DNA of 64,000 nucleotides from Mobula hypostoma (GCF_963921235.1 NC_086108.1:42658001-42722000), one strand, 5' to 3'. Positions 1 to 13,009 are shown, counted from the stretch's first letter. Notes: generated by a model not told the origin, from the sequence alone. Numbers and translations are program-made.

Positions 1-199
1 TTTAAATTGGGATCACAATATAGTAATGTGGGGACAATAATATAAAGCTATCTAAAACAATCACATAAATTGCATGTGGAGTCAGGGAGCTTTATGGCAC
101 AGAAACAGGCCCTTCAACCCAGCTTGTCTGTCCTGACCAAGTTGCCTTGTTGGGCTAGTCCCATTCATTTATCTGTATTTAGCCCACATCCTGCTAAAC

Positions 200-280
200 C
201 AGGGGTGTCCAACCTGGGGTCTATGGAACCCTCGGTTAATGGTAAGGGTACATGGGATAAAAGGAGGTTGGGAACCCCTG
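200..280. mobile_element. 81-bp hAT(Charlie)-type MITE inserted in a CR1 3' tail fragment (~70-345)
   Basis: TIRs CAGGGGTGTCCAACCT / AGGTTGGGAACCCCTG; 8-bp TSD TGCTAAAC (192-199) / TTCTAAAC (281-288). Confidence 0.8.
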
Positions 281-369
281 TTCTAAACCATTTCTTTCCA
301 CTGATCTTTCCAAATTTCTTTTAAATATCATTGCACTCGCCTCCTATTCAGACGCATTGCAGCTCCATA

Positions 370-1085
370 TTCAAAGTACATTTATTATCAAATTATGTAT
401 ACATTATACAACCTTGAGATTCAGGCAGCCACAAAACAAAGAAACCCAGGAGAACCCATTAAAAAAAGACAGTCAAACACCCAATGTACAAAAAAAAACT
501 AATCATGCAAAAATAAAAGTAAGCAAACAGCATTCAGAACCTCAGAAGTGAAGTTTTACAAAAGACATGAGGCCAGGCATCACTGCAGCTGAAGTAGGTC
601 ATAACCTCACTTCAACGCGGAACTGTTCTACCCAAGAGCACAAGAAACTGCAGAGAGTTATGACTGCAGCCCCACACAATAGGCACGCCAGCCTCCCTTC
701 ATTGGCTCTGACTATGCTTCCCACGTCCATGGGAAAGCAGCCAACGTAAACAAGGACCCTTCCCATCCCAGTCATTCTCCTTTCTTCCCTCTCCTATCAG
801 GCAGAAGACAGAAAAGCTTGAAAGCACAAACACAAAAGCAAAGAGCAGCGTCTATCCCACTGTTAGCACTCTTAAATGAACTTCTCATATACTAAAGATG
901 AAGTCTTGATCTCCCATTTGACTCTACTAGGGCTCTTGTCCACCTGCACTGCACTTTTCTCTGTAACAGTAACACTATATTCCACATTCTGTCTTCCTTT
1001 TGTATATCAGGATCACTCTGGATAGCATTCTAACATGGTTTTCATTATCATCGTCATACACGTGACAATAACAAACCAATTCCAC
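370..1085. mobile_element. Two Rex1/Babar-type LINE 3'-end fragments (370-560 minus; 615-1085 plus)
   Basis: KKLQRV and HPSHSLF-like remnants and a GTGACAATAA-type tail, shared with other copies in the window. Confidence 0.55.
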
Positions 1086-1104
1086 TGACAGGAGACTGGT
1101 AAAT

Positions 1105-1980
1105 CACAAACAATAAAGATTCTGCAGATGTTGGAAATCCAGATCAATACACTCAAAATGCTGGAGTAACTCAGCAGGTTACACAGCATCTAGGGAGAGG
1201 AATAAATAGTTGATGCTTTGAGCCAACAACCTTCATCGGCACTGGAAAGGAAGAGGAAGAAGCCAGAATAAGAAGGTTGAGGGAGGGGAAGGAGACCACG
1301 CTGGCAGGTGAGAGGTGAAGCCAGATGAGGGGGTAAGTAGGTGGGCAGGGGAAGGTTGAAGTGAGAAGCTGGGCAGTGATAGGTGGAAGAGGTGAAGCAC
1401 TGAAGAAGGAATCTGATAGGAGAGTGGATTATGAAAGAAAGGGAAAGAGGGTAAACAGAGGGAAGTGATACACAGGTGAACAGAAGGGGTAAGATGGGAG
1501 CCAGAAAGGGGAATGGTAAAACAAAGCAGGGGGAGAAATTACTGTAAGTCAGAGAAATCGATGTTCATGCTGTCAGGTTGGAGGCTACCCGGCTGGAATA
1601 TGAAGTGTTGCTCCTCCAACATGAGAATAGCCTCATCTTGGCAGTAGGGAAAGCTATGGACTGACATGTCGGAATGAGAATGGGAAGTAGAATTAAAATG
1701 AGTGGTCACAGGAAAATCCTGCCTGTTGTAATAGATGAAGTGAAGGTGGTCAACGAAGCAGTTCTTCAATCTACACCCCGCCTCACCGATAGAGAGGAGG
1801 CCACATCGGATACTGTAGATGACCCCAAAAGACTTTCAAGTGGAAGGGTTGGCTCACCTGAAAGGACTGTTTGGGAATGGTGGTGAGTGAAGAGGGAGGT
1901 GACAGGGCAGGTGCAGTACCTTGCAGGGGTAAATGCCAGGAGGGAGAGACCAGTGGACAAGGGAGTCGCAGAAAGACTGG
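1105..1980 (-). mobile_element. Degenerate Penelope-like element 3' end (GIY-YIG remnant plus pLTR)
   Basis: HFNSTSHSHSDMSV...LEEQHFIF, homologous to the 18.6-22 kb element; purine-rich UTR; decayed hammerhead region ~1210-1245. Confidence 0.8.
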
Positions 1981-2079
1981 ATAAACTTTTGGTTAGCTTT
2001 CTTTGGAGTGGGTTTTTACCTGACAAAGGTATATAAAATAACAAACATAATGTACATGTAGATAGTGAGAATCAAAATT

Positions 2080-3150
2080 AATCAGACGTGGTGTGCAAAC
2101 GGACCCTGTTTCCCTGCTGTCCAGGATCATGCTTATAAGAATCCAGACTACCAGCCTCATGTTTTATGCACCAGGTCGCTCCCGGTTTAGCTGTTCGCCT
2201 TATCATTGGGGTTATAAGCAGCAAGGCTGGGTAAAAAAATGCCGAACTCCCTAATTCACCACTGGGCCCGATGCCCCCCACCCCTCCCCCGAGGAAAGGA
2301 GCGACGATCAGCCACAGGCCGCAGGGAAGATCTGACGCCCAACTTCTCAAAACAGCGAGCAGGCGCTGCGCGTGCACGCCGAAGCCAGGCGGTCCGGTCG
2401 CTCCACGGTAAACCCTCCATTAACACACCTAAAGTTGTGTAGTTGAGGGCGACCGGGGCCGAATATTCCCAAAGAGACGACGGGATTTAGGTTTTGTTAT
2501 TTTCACGCTTCAAGTGGTGACTTTAAATGAAAAGGCTGAATTAGTCGATTATTATCCGAAGATTTATTTCATGAGTTATTCTCCCCACCTACCCATACGC
2601 GCTTATTAAAGCTGCCATTTACTATCTTCTGCTGTTCATAAAATAAAACTGTTCCTCCTCCCCAACTTAATTATGCGGATTGCAATCATGGGGTCAGAGC
2701 CGACATGTTTTCCAGATCTCGGCGCCGCGACGCGACCTGTTGCTTCGGACCACGCCACTTCCGTGTTCGCTCGCCGGGCCACCGACAGAGTGGTCCCGGC
2801 GCCTCTGGTAACTGCAGCCGGAGAGCGGCGGGAGGCCGCCGGCGCCGGGCGCTGCTGAACTTACTCTGCCACAACACTCGCTTCAGGCTGTACTGCGGAG
2901 TTGCCATCTTTACTCTCCCGGAAAACTCCACCAGTGACGTGCGTCTACGAGCGAGTAAGCAGACTTCAGTCAGGCAGCAGTGCGCTGCTTTCGGGGAATG
3001 TCACTGAATCCAGAGGCGGTGCATGCACCGAACCGGCAGCTCCAGAGGGGGGATCCAATGCCGGCTCTGAACCAGTAGCTCCAGAGCGAAAGTCCAGTGC
3101 CAACGTCAAACCAGCAGCCCAAAGGGGAGACACACAGATACTGGAACCGG
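2080..3150. promoter_or_regulatory. CpG island / housekeeping-type promoter of STXBP3
   Basis: GC- and CpG-rich stretch in an otherwise CpG-poor background. Contains a YY1-like GCCATCTT over the start codon, ETS-like CCGGAA (~2918) and ACTTCCG (~2757), CRE-like TGACGT (~2935) and NRF1-like TGCGCGTGCA (~2367). Confidence 0.75.
2865..2907 (-). CDS. STXBP3: First coding exon of syntaxin-binding protein 3 (Munc18c); the rest of the gene lies left of the window
   Basis: The minus strand reads AAG-ATG-G (strong Kozak), then MATPQYSLKRVLWQ plus 1 nt, then a perfect GTAAGT donor at 2864. It resembles the human STXBP3 N-terminus (MAPPVAERGLKSVVWQK), recalled with a phase-1 intron at the same place. 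It sits in a CpG island, and STXBP3 neighbours FNDC7 in mammals. Confidence 0.8.
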
Positions 3151-3485
3151 AGCAATAATCAAACTACTCAGCAGAGCAGATGACATCTTTGGAAGGAAAT
3201 GAACAGCTGACATTTTGGGGCTGGACGAAGAACATCTCCCTCCAGAAATGCGGTTTTATCCACCAAGTTCCTCCAGCAGTTTGTTTGTCGCTCCAGAGGC
3301 AGAGCACAAAACTAGCAGGTCTAGAGGGTTGAACCCAGGGCAAACACCAATCCATTATCTACAGAGGACTACAGATGGAAATCTGAAATATAAATGGCTA
3401 TTTCCGAAATAGAGTCCGTAAGGAAGTATCTCTGGAGAGGGAAACAGAGTTAACATTTCATCTCCAATGACAGGTCATCAACGGA
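3130..3485. mobile_element. Penelope pLTR-derived fragments, including a fold-back copy (3140-3297)
   Basis: GGAGCAATAATCAAACT...AGTTTGTTTGTCGCTCC inverted arms; CAGATGCTGGAAATC-like motif shared with the other pLTRs. Confidence 0.55.
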
Positions 3486-3674
3486 AGGATTTGGAGCAGG
3501 ACTCTTTGAAAGTCTGCCCACCAGAGCGCTATGGAAGAGGTTACTGAATATACTAGGGTGAAAGCTGCCATGTATTTAAATATCTTTAAACCAAAAATAA
3601 AACTTAAAGGAAAATGGTTTTGAAGTGAAGATTGCATTAGCCATTGTCTTATTAAATGGCAGGGCCGGCACAAG

Positions 3675-4655
3675 GAGCCTCTACTCTCCTCCCCCTGTTC
3701 TACTCACTTTACATCTATGAGTGTATGGCTAAGTACAGCACCAACACCATATACAAGTTTGCTGATGACACCACTGCTGTGGGCTGTATCAAAGGGGGTG
3801 ATGGATCAGCATATAGGAGGGAGATTGAAAACCTGGCTGAGTGGTGTAATAACAACAACCTCTCACCCAATGTCAATAAGGCAAGGGACTAATTGTAGAC
3901 TTTAGGAGAGGTAAACCAGAGGTCCATGAGCCAATATTCATTAGAGGATCAGACGTGGAGGGGATCAGTAACTTTAAAATCCTGGATGTCACTATCTCAG
4001 ACAACCTGTCCTGGACCCATCATATAAATATTATTGCCAAGAAAACATGACAGCACCTTTACTTCCTCAGAAGTCTGTGAGGTTCAACATGTCATCAAAA
4101 ACCTTGGCAAACTTCTATAGATGTGTGGTGGAAAGTGTGATGACTGGCTGCATTACGGCTGGTATAAGAACACCAATGCCTTTGAGTGGAAAATCCTTCA
4201 AAAGGTAGTGGATTTGGCCCAGTACATCACAGGTTAAAAACCCTCCCAACCATTGATCACATTTACATGAAATATTACATAGAAAAGCAGCATCAGTCAT
4301 CAGAGATCCTCACCAACCAGGCCATGTTCTTTTCTCACTGCTGCTGTCAGGTAGAAGGTACAGGTGCCTCAGGACTCTCAGCACCAAGTTCAAAAACAGT
4401 TACTATCTCTCAACCATCAGGCTCTCGAACAAAAGGGGATAGCTACTCTCATTTACTTGTCGTATTGTTATTTCATGCTTGTTATTTATTACTATTATTT
4501 GCGTCTGCATTTGCACAGTTTGCTTTCAGTTAAAAATTCCTGATGTTTACAGTTACTGTTCTATAGATTTGCTAAGTATGCCTGCAGAAAATGAATCTCA
4601 GGGTTGTATGTGGTGACATGTATGTAATCTGAATTTAAATTTTGACTTTACTACT
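3675..4655 (+). mobile_element. Rex1/Babar-type LINE, 5'-truncated and decayed
   Basis: LFYSLY...IYKFADDT RT motif, WCNNNNL, and a 3' tail AATCTCAGGGTTGTAT..GGTGACAT. Confidence 0.8.
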
Positions 4656-4924
4656 TTACTTTGTAATGATTAATTCCTGCTCATTATGTTTATTGGCCAT
4701 TAGTCTGTTCGAGCCTGAACCAACTTTCACCAATGGGGTCAGGACTCATCTTCATTTTCCTGCACTATGCCCATAGCCTTTGTTGGATTGTTCTTATTAT
4801 AAAGGAATCAATCTCTGATTTGAATGAACACATTGGCCAGCCTCCACTGCCCTCTAGTTAGACAATTGCAGAAGATTCACCACTCTGTATCTGAAGGTAT
4901 TTGTCTTCACCGCTGCTCTCTGAC

Positions 4925-5860
4925 ATTTCAAAGTACAAAGTAAATTTATTATCAAAATACCTATATGTCACTATATACAATCTTGAGATTAATTTTCTTC
5001 CAGGCATACTCAGTAAATCCAAGAACCATAATAGATTCAATGAAAGACCGCACCCAACCAACATGGACAATCAATGTGCAAATACAAAAGAAAAATAGAA
5101 GATATCATAATAAGTAAATAAACAATATATATCACGAACATGAGATGAAGAAACCTTGAAAGTGAGTCCATATATTGTGGGAACAGTACAGTGATGGGGC
5201 AAGAGAAGTTGAGTGAAGTTACCCCCTCTGCTTCAAGAGCCTGATGGTTGAAGGGTAATAACTGTTCCTGAACCCAGTGGTGTGAGCCCTGCGGTCCTGT
5301 ACCTCCTTCCTAATGGCAGCAGTGAGAACAGAGCATGATCTGGCTGGTGGGGGTCCCTGATGATGGATGCTGTTTTCCTGTAACAATGCTCCATGTAGAT
5401 GTGCTCAGTGGTGTGGAGGGCTTTACCTGTGATGGACTGGGCCGTATCCACTACTTTTTGTAGGATGTTCTGATCAAAGACTCCCAGTGTTTCACTACCA
5501 GGCTGTGATGCAGCCAGTCAATATACACTCCATAGCAGTTAGTCTAAGTTTTAGATGTCATGTCAAATCTTTGCAAACTTCTAATGGTGCTGCTGTGCTT
5601 TCTTTGTATTGGCACTTACGTCTGGGCCCAGGTCAGATCCTCTGAAATGATAACACAGGAATTTAAAGTGGCTGACCCTCCCCACCTCTGGTCCTTCGAT
5701 GAGGACTAGCTCATGGACCTCTGGTTTCCTCCTATTGAACTTAATACAGTCATCAGCTTCTTGGTCTTGCTGACATTGAGTAAGAGGTTGATGCTGTGGC
5801 ACCGCTCAGACAGAGTTTCAATCTCCTTCCTATGTGCTGATTCATCTCCACCATTGGTTT
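4925..5860 (-). mobile_element. Rex1/Babar-type LINE, 5'-truncated
   Basis: DTAQSITG...IIRDPHQPDHALFSLLPLGRRYR; tail matches the plus-strand copy in reverse. Confidence 0.8.
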
Positions 5861-8515
5861 CTCTTCACCTCAGTCCTAAATGCTCTATGCCTCCATCTGC
5901 TACTGTGACTCTATTCTGCCATTCTCAACCAAGGGAAACATCTCCCATGCAAGAACCACAAGGAGTCCTGAAAGAATTTTATACATTTCAATGAGATTAC
6001 ATCTCATTCTTACACACTTTAAAAGATATAGGTCATGTCTCCTCAGTCCCTCATCAAAGGACATCTCAGGTATCAACGTGTTCACTCTTTGTGGAACTAC
6101 CTTTACGCAAATATAAAGATGAAAACTGTGCACAGAAATCCAAATGCTGACATACCAAAGCTGTAACAGCCTCAGACAACCGGTCCCTGTGAGGATGAGA
6201 GTGGGGCTGTGGAAAAAGTGAGGATCCAAACCATGGCACAGTTGCTCAGGGAGCCATGAGGGGGGAGGAAGACAAATGTAGTTGTAATTGGGGATAGTAT
6301 AATCAGGGAAGTACCTGCAGCAACAGTCAAGAGTCCTAAAGGCTGTTTTATCTGCCTGGTGTCCAGGTTTGAAGATCTAAACTGACCTGCAGAGGAATTT
6401 GGAGTGGGAGGGGAAAGATCAAGTTGTTGTGATCTATGTGGCAAGAGAGAGGAAATTATAGGCCAGTTAGCCTGGCTTCAGTGGTTGGTAAGATGTTAGA
6501 GCCCATGAGTAAGGATGAGGTTTCAGGGTACCTGGGGCACACAATAAAATAGGCCGAAATCAGCATACAACATAGGATATTGGAACGGGAACACAGGAAC
6601 AGGTCATTCGGCCCACAATACTGTGCCAAACCAGCTAAAAAGCAAATCAAAAACACTCGAACACCAATCCCTCCTACCTACACAAAGCCCATATCCTTCC
6701 ATCTTACTTACATCCATGTGTCTATCCAAATGCCTCTTAAGAGTCTCTAATGTATTTGCCATTACAGGCAGTGCATTCCAGCCAGCCACCACTCTCTGAG
6801 TAAAAACCTTAACTCTCACATCCCCCTTGAACATACCCCTGCTGGTATTAGATATTTCAAACCTGGGAAACAGATAGTCTATCCACTCTAACTATGCCTT
6901 TCATAATCTTATAAACCTCTATCAGATCCCCCCTCAGCCTCCGGCACTCCAGAGAAAACAACCCAGTTTTAGCCAGCCTCTCATGATAGCACATGCACTC
7001 TAAAGCAGCCATCGTCCTGGTGAACCTCTTCTGCACCCTCACCAAAGCCTCAACATCTTTCCTATAGTGGGGCAACCAGAAATGTACCCAATACTCCAGA
7101 AATGGCTTAACCAGAGTTTTATAAAGTTTCAACATAACTTCTTGGCTTGGAACACAATGCCTCAACTAATAAAAGCAAGCATTCCACAAGTCTTCTTCAT
7201 CACCATAGCAACCTGTGTAGCCACTTTCAAAGAGCTATGGACTTGGATCCCAAGATCTCTCTGCTCGGCAATACTGCTAAAGATCTTGCCCTAAATAGTG
7301 TAACGTCTCCTTGCATTTGTCCTACCAAGGTGCATCACCTCACATTTATCTGGGTAAACTCCGTCTGCCATTTCTCAGCCCATATTTGCAACTGATCTAT
7401 ATCGTGCTGTTTTCTTTTGCCAGTCTTCTACACTATACACAACTCCACCAATCTTGGTATCATCCACAAACTTACTAACCCACCCATCTACGTTTTCATC
7501 CAGGTCATTTATATACATCACAAAGAACAGAGGCTCCAGCACAGATCCCTGCGGAACACCGCTAAGTACAGACCTCCAGCTCGAATAAGCCCCTTCAACC
7601 ACTACCCTGTCTTCTATGTGCAAGCCAGTTCTGCATCCAAACAGACAATTCACCATGGACCCCATGCTTCTAAATCTTCTGGACAAGCCTCCCATGAGGG
7701 ACTTTGTCAAACGCCTTACTAAAATCCATGTGGACAACATCCACTGCCCTACTCCCATCAATCTCACTCGTCACCTTGTCAAAAACTCAATTAAGTTGGT
7801 AAGCCCCGCACAAACCCATGGAAGCTCTCCCCAATTATGCCATGGGTTTACAAACACATATATCTTATCCCTAAATATTTTCTCCAGCAATTTCCCTACA
7901 AATGATGTGAAACTCACTAGTCTATAGTTCCAAGGATTTTCCCTTCTTAAATAGAGGAACAACATTAGCCACTCACCAGTCCTCCGGTACCTCACCTGTG
8001 AAGGTATTGGTGAAGGCACCAGCAATCTCGTTTCTTGTCTCCTTCAATAATCTGGGGTAAATTCCATCAGGCCCTGGCTATTTATCCACCTTAATACTCA
8101 TTAGGAGGCCTAACACTTACACCTCCTTGAACTCTAAACACCCTGGCGTATTCATACATTCAGCACTGACCTCCTGGTCCTCCATATCCTTTTCCTTGGT
8201 AAATACTGAAGCAGAAAAACTCATGAATTACTTCAATCACATTCTTTCCATCCAATCAAATGTTCTCCCCTTTATCCTTGAGTGGTCCACACTCTCCCTG
8301 GTTATCCTCTTGTTCTTGATCTATAGATAAAATGCCTTGGTATTCACCTTCAATCCTACTTCCCAAGGACTTTACATGGTCCCTCCTGGCTTTCCTAATT
8401 CCCTTCTTTAGTTCTCTTCTGGCTTCTTTCTACTCTTCATGTCTTTGATTTGATCCTAACTTCCAAATCTTTACATAGTTCTCCCTTTTCTTCCTGACTA
8501 TATTCAACACCTCTC
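5860..8515 (-). mobile_element. Cluster of CR1 LINE fragments (old 3' piece 5860-6160; plus-strand ORF1 esterase piece 6230-6540; large minus-strand ORF2 remnant 6570-8515)
   Basis: [36 protein letters not shown] motifs; VVVIGDSII SGNH-like motif at ~6275. Confidence 0.85.
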
Positions 8516-9150
8516 TGGAACCTGTTGCTACCACCTGTCTTCCCCATATTTCCATAATTTCTGGAAAGATTGCCAGAATCCTGGAGAAATACCAAATTAG
8601 TACCATCAACAAACCAGTAAAGAAGCTCAAATCTCAGCTTATACGGATCAAAGATGACCTGGGACTCTGGTCGGCTGGCATTTACAGGGTTCCCTGTGAA
8701 TGCAGAGCGGTGTATATCGGCCAGATGGGACGCACAGTGGAAACCCACATCAAGGAGCACAGGAACTATATTAGTTGGCAGTAGCAGAACATTGCATTTG
8801 CAATGGCCGTAGGATTGACTTTGACGGTGCAAAACTACTGTGCCATGCCAATGGGTTCTGGTGTGCCTGGTAAAGGGAGTCATTGAAATAAAACTAAAAA
8901 GAAAGAACTTTAACAAAGATGAAGGTCTCGCTCTAAGTAAGAACTGTAATTTGATTGTAAACAAGGTGGGAGGGCGGAAACCTGATTGGATAAGCACTAA
9001 GCAATCAGGAGGGACGGACTGAGGGGGTATAAATACCACCAGATTTGACATGTCCAGGCATCATCCCTGATGAAGATGGCAGAATTTTTCAATGAAACGT
9101 CAGTTATAATTGATGCCTGTACCCAGCTAGAAGCCCAAGAAGAGTTTGTT
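8515..9150 (+). mobile_element. Penelope-like element of a second family, 3' fragment with GIY-YIG endonuclease and hammerhead motif
   Basis: GIYRVPCECRAVYIGQMGRTVETHIKEH at ~8677-8760, EIK...NFNKDEG.ALS, then CTGATGA(9067)...GAAACGTC(9094). Confidence 0.85.
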
Positions 9151-9439
9151 CAAATCAATACTTTTATGTTTCCTGTCCCAAAGTACAAGCTGTCCTTGAG
9201 ATACAAACACACAACTTACGGCTGCCGTTACATACAGATAAGCTCCCATAATATTATTAAATTCTAAAGCCCTATACTGTATATACACATACATTCATTC
9301 CTATAAATGCCAGTATCAGTTTCCTCTTTCTCTCCACTTTAAATAATTGTTCTTTCTTATCAGTCTTGTGTGCTTTTGATATCATTCTTTTCAATACTAT
9401 AGAAGTATGGTTACTGTATTGAGCGTTTTTTTTATGCAT

Positions 9440-11365
9440 TTGGTAAATTGGTTTGTTGTTGTCATGTGTTCCAAGGTACAATGAAAATCTTGCATTGCAT
9501 GCAGTTCATACAGATCAGCTCACTACAATAGTGCATTGAGGTAGTACGAGGTAAAGCAATAACTGAGTGCAGAATAAAGTGTTACAGTCACAGAGAAAAT
9601 GCAGGGCATGTAGACAGTAACGTGTAAGGTCGTAGCAAGGCTGATGGTGAGCAAAAATATCCATCTTATCAATAGTCTTGTAACAGTGAGATAGAAGCTG
9701 TCTTTGAGTCTAGTGGCGTGTGCTTTCAGAGTTTTGTATCTGCTGCCTGATGGGAGGGGGAAGAAGAGAAGGTCTTTGATTATTCTAGCTGCTTTACCAA
9801 GGCAGTGAGAAGCAAAAAGTGTCCATGGAAAGAAGATTGGTAACCAACACACAGAAGTCTCTACAATTTCTTGCAGTCACTGGCAGAGCATTTGCCAGAG
9901 CAAGCCTTGAGGCATCTGGATAGGAATCTTGCTATGGAGCAAAAATAAAAATTGGTGAGGGTCAAAGAGGACGTGGTAAATTTGTTTACCCTCCTGAGGA
10001 AGTGGAGGTGCTGGTGAGCTTTCTTTGCTGTGGCATCATTGTAGTTGGACAGCCTACTGGTGATGTTCACACAGAGATACTTGACGCTCTCAACCCTTTC
10101 AACCTCTGCACCACTGATGTAAACAGAAGCAGGTACACCACCCCTTTCCTGAATTCAATGACCAATTCCTTAGTTTTACAGACACTGAGGGCAAGATTGT
10201 TGTCATAACATCATGTCACTAGGATCTCGCTGTCTCTCCTGTACTCCAACTTATCATTACTTCAATACAGCCCACTATGGTGGTATCATCTGCCAGCTTA
10301 GAGTTAAAGCAGAGTCTGGAGAAATGGTTGTGAGTGCACGGAGAGTAGAGTAGGGGACCATGGACACAGCCATCTGGGGCACCAGGTTTAAGAATAATCA
10401 TGGCAGAGGTGTTGCTACTTATCCTTACTAGCTGTTGTCTGTTGATCAGGAAGTCAAGGATCCAGTTGCAAAGGCAAGTGTTGAATGCTAGGTCTAGGAG
10501 TGTGGAGATAAATTTTCTTGGGATTGCACTATGAAGGTGGGGCTGTAGTCAATAAACCATTGCCTACAATAAGTATCTTTACCGTTGAGATGTTGCAGAG
10601 TGTAGGACCAACAAGATGGTTCTGCCATAGACCTGTTTCAATTGTAGGCAAATTACAGTGGGTTGAGCTTGACTGGGAGGCTGGAGTTAACCGTATAACT
10701 ATATAACAATTACAGCATGGAAACGGGCCATCACAGCCCTTCTAGTCCATGCTGAACTCTTGCTCTCACCTAGTCCCACTGACCTGCACTCAGCCCATAA
10801 CCCTCTGTTTCTTTCCTGTCCATATACCTATCCAATTTAACTTTAAATGACAACATCGAACCTGCCTCACCCATTTCTGCTGGAAGCTTGTTCCACACGG
10901 CTACCACTCTCTGAGTAAAGAAGTTCCCCCTCACGTGACCCCTAAAATTTTGCCCTTTAACTCTCAACTCATGTCCTCTTGTTTGAATCTCCCCCACTCT
11001 CAATGGAAAAAGCCTATCCACGTCAACTCTATCTATCCCTCTCATAATTTTAAATACCCCTAACAAGTCCCCCCTCAATCTTCTATGCTCCAAAGAATAA
11101 AGATCCAACTTGTTCAACCTTTCTTTGTAACTTAAGAGATGAAACCCAGGCAACATTCTAGTAAATCTCCTCTGTACTCTCTCAATTTTATTGACATCTT
11201 TCCTATAATTCGGTGACCAGAACTGTACACAATACTCCAAATTTGGCCTTACCAATGTATGCCATAACTAGCCTCTCAAAGCACTTCAAGGGGCTGGATG
11301 TCAAAGCCACTGGGCAGTAGTTACAAAGGTATATTACCTTGTTTCCCTTAGGTACCAGGATGCTA
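9440..11365 (-). mobile_element. Rex1/Babar-type LINE interrupted by a younger CR1 3' end (10702-11258)
   Basis: GAPDGCV.GPLLYS, KLADDT, YCPVALTS..KCFERLV resume on both sides of an intact 161-aa CR1 C-terminal ORF. Confidence 0.8.
10702..11258 (-). mobile_element. CR1 LINE 3' end (young)
   Basis: VRPNLEYCVQFWSP...RLRGDL...FFTQRVVAVWNKLP is open for 161 aa. Confidence 0.9.
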
Positions 11366-12269
11366 ATGATCTTTCCAATGTGAAAGAGCATGATCATGCC
11401 TAATCTTTCCCAGGACTCAGCTCATCTTTTGTGCAGGTTCCCATGGCCCTAAGTTCTCTGATCTTTCAAAAATTGATCTACCTCCTCTAAATATCTTCAG
11501 TAATCTACCTTTTAGGGTTTGGGATTGAGAATTCTAGAGAATCATCAACCTCTGCAAAAGAAATTATTATTCACCTCAATTTTAAATGACTCCCCCTTAT
11601 TCTTGTTACTATATCCCCTCATTTGAAGCTCACCCTTGTACAGAATCATCTATCATTCCCCTTTAAGATCTAGTATTTTGCAATAAGATGACCCCTCATT
11701 CTTCTAAACTCCAAACAACACCAATCCAATCTCTTTAGCTGCTCACAACAGGGCAAACCTCCTGCCCAAGGAATTAAATGAGTATATTTCTTTTACACTG
11801 CCTCCAGTGTTTTTACAGGCAGTCATCAGGTTACAGCAAGGTTTCATTCCTGAGAACTGTTCATAGCATAAACTGTAAGTTGGGAATAAACAGAAACAAC
11901 TTTGACGGGGTGAGGGGGGTGGTGACAAGAGGGACCCTTTTCCAATTCAGCAGAAGATTCATTTAGTTTAATTTGCATCATATAGTTTAGTTAGTGCTGA
12001 AATGTGATTTGTTGAAGAGATTTCTACTACGATATTACTTCAAAACACAATTGTTTTTATAAGTTTTATAACCAAAGTGCAGTTGTTCCTTCTGCATTTA
12101 AAGTAACCATAGTAACTGCAGTTCAGTCTACACCTCCAAACATGTGATACTTTGCCTCAAGTTGTTACCTTTGTATGTGAGCTTGGAGAGGGGGGCATCC
12201 GTAAATTATTCACCATACAATCAATCTATTTAAGGACCCTCAGTCTCTATAATTTCAGTGCAAAAAGAT

Positions 12270-12860
12270 GTTGAATATTAAAAGACCTAGTTAGGATGAA
12301 CATAGAGAGGATGTTTCCTATAATGAGGGAGTCCAGGACCAGAGAGCACTGCCTCAGAATGGAAGAATGTCTCTTTAGAACAGAGATGAGTAAGAATTTC
12401 TTTACCAGAGAGTGGAGAATCTGTGCAATTCATTGTCATGGATGGCTGTGGAGGCCAAATCATTGGGTATATTTAAAGGGAAGGGTGATAGGCTCTTGAT
12501 TAGTAAGGGCATCAAAGGTTATGGGGAGAAAGCCAGGAAAATGGAGTTGAGAGGGATAATAAATCAGCCATGACAGAATGGTAGTGCAGACTTGATGGGC
12601 TGAATGGCTTAATTCTGCTCCTGTGTCTTATAAACAGTATTTGTCTCCAAAATTACAGCGGCTGATTGAACAATACCACTCCCTCCCAGAAAATTCCTAA
12701 CACTTATGTCTATACTTTGCACATCATACAGTGATCCAGAACAGAAAAGGCCCTTTGGCACAATTTGTCCATGCCTACCTGAGCTAATCCCATTTGTCTT
12801 CATTTGGCCCATATCCCTCTGAACCATTACTATCCACATGCCTGTATAAATGTCTTTTTG
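12270..12860. mobile_element. CR1 3'-end fragments (12270-12630 plus; 12720-12860 minus)
   Basis: ERMFP...RTR.H.LR...FRTEM.KNFF and the CR1 3' UTR (GGGCTGAATGGC..AATTCTGCTCC). Confidence 0.75.
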
Positions 12861-13009
12861 TTAAGTATAGGCTCTCCTCAGGTTACAGCAGAGTTCTATT
12901 CCTGTGAACTGTTTATTACCTGAACAGTTTGCAAGTTGGAAATGCAATTGCTAACCAAGTTCCCATATACAAGAAGATGTCTGTTTAGTGTAAGAATACT
13001 TAGTGTAAG

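Noticed and set aside
2078..3158. Several 60-100 aa ORFs in the CpG island
   Set aside because: Expected in GC-rich DNA. Only the 14 codons before the GTAAGT donor resemble a known protein.
8437..9051. 204-aa minus-strand ORF
   Set aside because: Antisense to a Penelope GIY-YIG remnant; no recognisable domain.
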